From Macrostomum lignano (Eukaryota), in contig NIVC01001145.1 of assembly GCA_002269645.1 (NCBI GenBank), positions 62,001-126,000 on the forward strand: DNA of 64,000 nucleotides. The letters run 5' to 3'. Both the position numbers and the translations under genes were made by a program. This document shows, piece by piece, positions 56,342-64,000 of the stretch (position 1 is the first letter of the stretch; every line of letters starts with the position of its first letter). The notes under the pieces are model-generated. The model did no database searches. It was not told the origin of the DNA and saw nothing but the letters and a program-made list of their open reading frames with translations.

Positions 56342-59300
56342 GATGCAGGTCAGTAGAGATAGAGATGCAGGTCAGTAGAGAGAGAGATGCAGATCAGAAG
56401 AGACAGAGATGCAGGTCAGTAGAGATAGAAATGCAGGTCAGAAGAGACAGAGATGCAGGTCAGTAGAGATAGAAATGCAGGTCAGAAGAGACAGAGATGC
56501 AGGTCAGTAGAGATAGAAATGCAGGTCAGAAGAGACAGAGATGCAGGTCAGTAGAGATAGAAATGCAGGTCAGAAGAGACAGAGATGCAGGTCAGTAGAG
56601 ATAGAAATGCAGGTCAGAAGAGACAGAGATGCAGGTCAGTAGAGATAGAAATGCAGGTCAGAAGAGACAGAGATGCAGGTCAGTAGAGATAGAAATGCAG
56701 GTCAGAAGAGACAGAGATGCAGGTCAGTAGAGATAGAAATGCAGGTCAGAAGAGACAGAGATGCAGGTCAGTAGAGATAGAAATACAGGTTTTAAGAGAC
56801 AGAGATGCAGGTCAGTAGAGATAGAGATGCAGGTCAGTAGAGACAGAGATTCAGGTCATTAGAGATAGAGATGCAGGTCAGTAGAGATAGAGATGCAGGT
56901 CAGTAGAGATAGAGATGCAGGTCAGTAGAGATAGAGATGCAGGTCAGTAGAGATAGAGATGCAGGTCAGTAGAGATAGAGGCGCAGGTCAGTAGAGATAG
57001 AGATGCAGGTCATTAGAGATAGAGATGCAGGTCAGTAGAGATAGAGATGCAGGTCAGTAGAGATAGAGATGCAGGTCAGTAGAGAGAGAGGCGCAGGTCA
57101 GTAGAGATAGAGATGCAGGTCAGTAGAGATAGAGATGCAGGTCAGTAGAGATAGAGATGCAGGTCAGTAGAGATAGAGGCGCAGGTCAGTAGAGATAGAG
57201 ATGCAGGTCAGTAGAGATAGAGATGCAGGTCAGTAGAGACAGAGATTCAGGTCATTAGAGATAGAGATGCAGGTCAGTAGAGATAGAGATGCAGGTCAGT
57301 AGAGATAGAGATGCAGGTCAGTAGAGATAGAGATGCAGGTCAGTAGAGATAGAGGCGCAGGTCAGTAGAGATAGAGATGCAGGTCAGTAGAGATAGAGAT
57401 TCAGGTCATTAGAGATAGAGATGCAGGTCAGTAGAGATAGAGATGCAGGTCAGTAGAGATAGAGATGCAGGTCAGTAGAGATAGAGGCGCAGGTCAGTAG
57501 AGATAGAGATGCAGGTCAGTAGAGACAGAGATTCAGGTCATTAGAGATAGAGATGCAGGTCAGTAGAGATAGAGGCGCAGGTCAGTAGAGACAGAGATGC
57601 AGGTCAGTAGAGATAGAGATGCAGGTCAGTAGAGATAGAGATGCAGGTCAGTAGAGATAGAGATGCAGGTCAGTAGAGATAGAGATGCAGGTCAGTAGAG
57701 ATAGAGGCGCAGGTAAGTAGAGATAGAGATGCAGGTCAGTAGAGATAGAGATTCAGGTCATTAGAGATAGAGATGCAGGTCAGTAGAGATAGAGATGCAG
57801 GTCAGTAGAGATAGAGATGCAGGTCAGTAGAGATAGAGGCGCAGGTCAGTAGAGATAGAGATGCAGGTCAGTAGAGAGAGAGATGCAGATCAGAAGAGAC
57901 AGAGATGCAGGTCAGTAGAGATAGAAATGCAGGTCAGAAGAGACAGAGATGCAGGTCAGTAGAGATAGAAATGCAGGTCAGAAGAGACAGAGATGCAGGT
58001 CAGTAGAGATAGAGATGCAGGTCAGTAGAGATAGAGGCGCAGGTCAGTAGAGATAGAGATGCAGGTCAGTAGAGAGAGAGATGCAGATCAGAAGAGACAG
58101 AGATGCAGGTCAGTAGAGATAGAAATGCAGGTCAGAAGAGACAGATGCAGGTCAGTAGAGATAGAAATGCAGGTCAGAAGAGACAGAGATGCAGGTCAGT
58201 AGAGATAGAAATGCAGGTCAGAAGAGACAGAGATGCAGGTCAGTAGAGATAGAAATGCAGGTCAGAAGAGACAGAGATGCAGGTCAGTAGAGATAGAAAT
58301 GCAGGTCAGAAGAGACAGAGATGCAGGTCAGTAGAGATAGAAATGCAGGTCAGAAGAGACAGAGATGCAGGTCAGTAGAGATAGAAATGCAGGTCAGAAG
58401 AGACAGAGATGCAGGTCAGTAGAGATAGAAATGCAGGTCAGAAGAGACAGAGATGCAGGTCAGTAGAGATAGAAATGCAGGTCAGAAGAGACAGAGATGC
58501 AGGTCAGTAGAGATAGAAATGCAGGTCAGAAGAGACAGAGATGCAGGTCAGTAGAGATAGAAATGCAGGTCAGAAGAGACAGAGATGCAGGTCAGTAGAG
58601 ATAGAAATGCAGGTCAGAAGAGACAGAGATGCAGGTCAGTAGAGATAGAAATGCAGGTCAGAAGAGACAGAGATGCAGGTCAGTAGAGATAGAAATACAG
58701 GTTTTAAGAGACAGAGATGCAGGTCAGTAGAGATAGAAATACAGGTTTTAAGAGACAGAGATGCAGGTCAGTAGAGATAGAAATGCAGGTCAGAAGAGAC
58801 AGAGATGCAGGTCAGTAGAGATAGAAATGCAGGTCAGAAGAGACAGAGATGCAGGTCAGTAGAGACAGAGATGCAGGTCAGTAGAGATAGAAATGCAGGT
58901 CAGAAGAGACAGACATGCAGGTCAGTAGAGATAGAAATGCAGGTCAGAATAGATAAAGATGCAGGTCAGTAGAGATAGAAATGCAGGTCAGTAGAGATAG
59001 AGATGCAGGTCAGAAGAGACAGAGGCGCAGGTCAGAAGAGACAGAGGCGCAGGTCAGTAGAGACAGAGATGCAGGTCAGTAGAGATAGAGATGCAGGTCA
59101 GAAGAGACAGAGATGCAGGTCAGTAGAGAGAGGCGCAGGTCAGTAGAGATAGAGATGCAGGTCAGTAGAGACATAGATTCAGGTCATTAGAGATAGAGAT
59201 GCAGGTCAGTAGAGATAGAGATGCAGGTCAGTAGAGACAGAGATTCAGGTCATTAGAGATAGAGATGCAGGTCAGTAGAGATAGAGATGCAGGTCAGTAG

Positions 59301-60378
59301 AGATAGAGATGCAGGTCAGTAGAGATAGAGATGCAGGTCAGTAGAGATAGAGGCGCAGGTCAGTAGAGATAGAGATGCAGGTCAGTAGAGATAGAGATTC
59401 AGGTCATTAGAGATAGAGATGCAGGTCAGTAGAGATAGAGATGCAGGTCAGTAGAGATAGAGATGCAGGTCAGTAGAGATAGAGGCGCAGGTCATTAGAG
59501 ATAGAGATGCAGGTCAGTAGAGATAGAGATGCAGGTCAGTAGAGATAGAGATGCAGGTCAGTAGAGATAGAGGCGCAGGTCAGTAGAGATAGAGATGCAG
59601 GTCAGTAGAGATAGAGATGCAGGTCAGTAGAGACAGAGATTCAGGTCATTAGAGATAGAGATGCAGGTCAGTAGAGATAGAGATGCAGGTCAGTAGAGAT
59701 AGAGATGCAGGTCAGTAGAGATAGAGATGCAGGTCAGTAGAGATAGAGGCGCAGGTCAGTAGAGATAGAGATGCAGGTCAGTAGAGATAGAGATTCAGGT
59801 CATTAGAGATAGAGATGCAGGTCAGTAGAGATAGAGATGCAGGTCAGTAGAGATAGAGATGCAGGTCAGTAGAGATAGAGGCGCAGGTCAGTAGAGATAG
59901 AGATGCAGGTCAGTAGAGACAGAGATTCAGGTCATTAGAGATAGAGATGCAGGTCAGTAGAGATAGAGGCGCAGGTCAGTAGAGACAGAGATGCAGGTCA
60001 GTAGAGATAGAGATGCAGGTCAGTAGAGATAGAGGCGCAGGTCAGTAGAGATAGAGATGCAGGTCAGTAGAGATAGAGATTCAGGTCATTAGAGATAGAG
60101 ATGCAGGTCAGAAGAGATAGAGATTCAGGTCATTAGAGATAGAGATGCAGGTCAGTAGAGACAGAGGCGCAGGTCAGTAGAGATAGAAATGCAGGTCAGA
60201 AGAGACAGAGATGCAGGTCAGTAGAGATAGAGATGCAGGTCAGTAGAGACAGAGGCGCAGGTCAGTAGAGAGAGAGGCGCAGGTCAGTAGAGAGAGAGAA
60301 CCGCAGGTCAGTAGAGACAGAGATGCAGGTCAGTAGAGATAGAGATGCAGGTCAGAAGAGATAGAGATTCAGGTCGGT
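56342..60378. repeat. 22-bp minisatellite (GAGATGCAGGTCAGTAGAGATA), about 183 units
   Basis: Monomer domains alternate with 44-bp dimer domains (...GATAGAAATGCAGGTCAGAAGAGACA). Confidence 0.98.
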
Positions 60379-60813
60379 AGATATGGACTTAGAAGTAAGA
60401 AGTCTGGCAAAAAGATTAGCACGAACTATAGCTAGGTGCTGCGAGCTGCCTATGCTATCGTATGCAAAGGTCTCGATGCAGTCTGCATACGTTGTCTATA
60501 CGTTTTCTCTATGGCGCAGGGTAGATTGTGCTCGGTCCGATATATGCTGTATACACAATAGTTTTGTTTTTACAAGGTTTACGAGAGCACACAAAGCAGC
60601 TATCTCTGTCTTATTTAACTACTTGGCCTCATACTATATATGCTTCGTTTTTACATAGTAAAAGCACCTGAATATCTGTATCTAGTTACTATGTCAGATA
60701 GTAAAAAGGCATACGTTAATATGAATCACCTTTTGTTGATCAGTCTTGACAGTGCATTTTCGATCGGTCGTTTCATTTCAGCTACAATACGAAGCAAAAA
60801 AAAGCAGGCAACA

Positions 60814-62981
60814 ATGGCATCATCTGTGGTGCATTCCCGAGCTTACCTGCTCATTGAACAGGAATTGCTAAAATTTGAACGTAATCCTGTTAAGGTAAGT
60901 CTATTGAATCAGTACTTTGGAAATCTACCGGGAATCGCCATCTAACTTCATTAGGAATCGCCCTCTAACCTCATTAGGAATCGCCCTCTAACCTCATTAG
61001 GAATCGCCCTCTAACCTCATTAGGAATCGCCCTCTAACCTCATTAGGAATCGCCCTCGAACCTCATTAGGAATCGCCCTCTAACCTCATTAGGAATCGCC
61101 CTCTAACCTCATTAGGAATCGCCCTCTAACCTCATTAGGAATCGCCCTCGAACCTCATTAGGAATCGCCCTCTAACCTCATTAAGAATCGCCCTCTAACC
61201 TCATTAGGAATCGCCCTCGAACCTCATTAGGAATCGCCCTCTAACCTCATTAGGAATCGCCCTCTAACCTCATTCGGAATCGCCCTCTAACCTCATTAGT
61301 AATTGCCCTCTAACCTTATTAGGAATTGCCCTCTAACCTCATTGGTAATTGTAATTACCCTTTAACCGCATTAGGAATCGCCCTCTAACCTCATTAGGAA
61401 TCGCCCTCGAACCTCATTAGTAATTGCCCTCTAACCTCATTAGGAATCGCCCTCTAACCTCATTAGTAATTGCCCTCTAACCTTATTAGGAATTGCCCTC
61501 TAACCTCATTGGTAATTGTAATTACCCTTTAACCGCATTAGTAATTGCCCTCTAACCTCATTAGGAATCGCCCTCTAACCTCTTTAGTAATTGCCCTCTA
61601 ACCTTATTAGGAATTGCCCTCTAACCTCATTGGTAATTGTAATTACCCTTTAACCGCATTAGGAATCGCCCTCTAACCTCATTAGGAATCGCCCTCGAAC
61701 CTCATTAGTAATTGCCCTCTAACCTCATTAGGAATCGCCCTCTAACCTCATTAGTAATTGCCCTCTAACCTTATTAGGAATTGCCCTCTAACCTCATTGG
61801 TAATTGTAATTACCCTTTAACCGCATTAGTAATTGCCCTCTAACCTCATTAGGAATCGCCCTCTAACCTCATTAGTAATTGCCCTCTAACCTTATTAGGA
61901 ATTGCCCTCTAACCTCATTGGTAATTGTAATTACCCTTTAACCGCATTAGGAATCGCCCTCTAACCTCATTAGGAATCGCCCTCTAACCTCATTAGGAAT
62001 CGCCCCAATCCTTTAAAATTCAGGGCATCCGAGTCTATCCAACCAGGGCCGGCAATCTATTTTCACTGTCGGCAAAGATCAAAGGCCTACCAGACACTCT
62101 GTGGGACGGTGGCGTATTGAAGCTCAGACTAAGATTCTCCGAGAGCTACAATTATGTGCCACCTGAGGCTAATTTTGTGACTGTGCCATTTCATCCTAAT
62201 GGTAAGATATGTTTTTATTATTTATTACTATAGTGCTAAGACTACAAAGATTATTTTTAAACTTACTTAGTGATTAGGGTGTATTAGGGTAATGTCCCGA
62301 AGTTAGTTCAGTCAAAAATGTATTTTATTCCCAAAACAATACTCGTTTAGTTTGATTGCGAGCTATTATTGATCTTTGTGTAGTTTTTCAAGAGCTCTGT
62401 TAAAAAATACCCGCAACATGAATTTTATAGTACTAACAGTGGTCCTACGACTTGTGCGTTGATTATAAAAGTAATTTGTTTAAAAAGGATTCGGGACCCC
62501 AAATCCCGGGATTTCGGGATCCCGGGATCCCGGGATTGCAATCCCCAGTACCAATCTATATTTTCGCTTTGCCATTCGCAGTTGAACCGGACACTGGTCG
62601 TGTTGCATGTCCTTATCTGGACGATCCGCAGAAATGGAACGCGTCAGTTTCTTTAGCCGATTTATTGAGCAGCATTCAACAGCAGCTAACTGAGCCAAAT
62701 GCTCAGCTAATATTGAATCCCGAGGCTGCCGAAATGATGAGCACTGATTATGAGCAATATAAAAGCGTAGTTGCTCAGTGCGTACAAATGAGCCAAATTG
62801 TTGAAAGTGAGTTTGCGTCTTGTATTTTGCTTTTTTAGGTTAGTGTTAGTTAATTATTGTCATTTTTAACTACATTATCATGTTTTAATTTTAATAAATA
62901 ATAACATTTATTGTCTTTTTAGCTACAGAAGTCGCCATTTCTCCACCAAATCCGCCCGCAAAGCCTTTGCGAGCTGGCATC
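60814..62981 (+). CDS. UBE2U: Ubiquitin-conjugating enzyme E2, UBE2U-like (3' end incomplete; probably continues beyond the window)
   Basis: Exons 60814-60894, 62024-62201, 62582-62806 and 62923-about 62981 (last donor uncertain); phases consistent. UBC fold: HSRAYLLIEQEL...WDGGVLKLRLRFSESYNYVPPEANFVTVPFHPNVEPDTGRVACPYLDDPQKW...LNPEAA. RAYLL, YNYxPP and LDxPxKWN resemble human UBE2U as recalled. The window ends in an acceptor-like pyrimidine tract. Confidence 0.8.
60945..62005. repeat. 23-bp minisatellite (GAATCGCCCTCTAACCTCATTAG), UBE2U-like intron 1
   Basis: About 45 units, with a recurring composite variant (TGGTAATTGTAATTACCCTTTAACCGC). Confidence 0.96.
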
Positions 62982-63224
62982 GTAGTTTCTATGTGTAATT
63001 TTTTCAGTGAATTAGAAAATTATTTTTGTTTGTTTGTTGACTGTGCCAGTATTTTAGCCAATTTAACTATAAGCGGTGTTAAATACAAGCCAAATTATTC
63101 ATAGCACAATATATTTTGCTATTTAAAGTCCCGCATACATACATTGAGACCGAGATAAAATGAAAAGCTGGTTGGTAATATTAAGGTCGCGTTAACTTTG
63201 CTTGAACCCATTCGCACTTTCGCG

Positions 63225-63500
63225 ATAAGATAAATATAGTTAGGGTAGAGGAAGGATTGGTTGACGGCCCAACCAGATCGATAAAACAGTCACCCACCCC
63301 CATCTAGCCAGCAGCGATTAAGTGAAGTTGGCGGGGTAGGAAAGAGGTTTGAGGCCGATAATAAAATCGATAAAAAAACACCCACCCACCCCTGTGACTG
63401 TACATGACCAGCAGCGATAAATATAAGTTGACTGGAGGTTAGGAAAGTCGGGTTGGTGGACTACCAGCTAATCGATAATAAACTCACCCACCCCATTCCA
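63225..63500. repeat. Three imperfect tandem units of about 95-100 bp ending in ATCGATAA...CACCCACCCC
   Basis: Recurrent CCAGCAGCGAT, GTAGGAAAG/GTTAGGAAAG, ATCGATAA and CACCCACCCC blocks. Confidence 0.6.
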
Positions 63501-64000
63501 TCCGGGCCTATTGGACTATGGCGCTTAGGGGGCCAGAGTGTACATTAGTCTATAGGGCTTGGTAGGGGCAGGACAATAGTGTACATTGTCTATGGAAAAG
63601 GTCAATTTGACAAAACAGTTAATTAAGTGCAGATTTGACAAAACAGTTAATTAAGTACAGATGAAAATAGAAGCTTTTGAATTCGCGGAAGTGCGCCGAT
63701 TATCATTAATAGAAGCTTTTATTAATTACTGTGGAATCATGCCTACCTTTATTAGTAATACTATAAGAAATCTATTAATGTCAGAGTAAATTACTAACAT
63801 GACTTCTTAGATAAGTGATTTTTATTCGAAATCATGCTATTTACCACCACCACTATCGGATATTGTTTCTTAATATTATCTGAGGAAACCTGACTCAATT
63901 ATTAACGGAAAACATGCTTTACATGAATCCATGCTTAAATTAGTTACACCTTTGTTTAACAAGTATATTTCAGTTTTTTATTTTCAAATTAAATCTTCCA

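Noticed and set aside
62490-62550. GGGATCCCGGGAT palindromic cluster
   Set aside because: A short low-complexity remnant with no defined ends or TSD; not enough to call an element.

Overview
Animal genomic DNA, intron-rich and dense in minisatellites. The Q-rich proteins and satellite-filled introns suggest a free-living flatworm such as Macrostomum; this is inference and was not verified. Six spliced protein-coding genes were reconstructed by hand from GT-AG sites with consistent exon phases. Minus strand, in tandem: PAXIP1/PTIP (35309-20348), ANKZF1/Vms1 (18194-10323) and meiotic kleisin REC8 (9933-513). Plus strand: RUVBL2 (36096-43230, head-to-head with PAXIP1), a stand-alone hemerythrin-like (HHE) protein with an N-myristoylation motif (48076-52327) and a UBE2U-like E2 (from 60814, probably running off the window). 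Most larger introns hold their own 17-32 bp tandem array, and these arrays explain most long ORFs in the supplied track. Mobile DNA includes a very young 1.46-kb non-autonomous LTR element (two 413-bp LTRs that read identical by eye, 5-bp TSD, atypical TA...CA ends), two tRNA-derived SINEs, foldback/MITE-like palindromes and a Penelope-like remnant. Top leads: the LTR element, the myristoylated hemerythrin-like gene, a candidate ANKZF1-REC8 operon, arrays that supply or mimic splice signals, and an E2 whose catalytic Cys is displaced. All coordinates and alignments were made by eye; no database searches were run.
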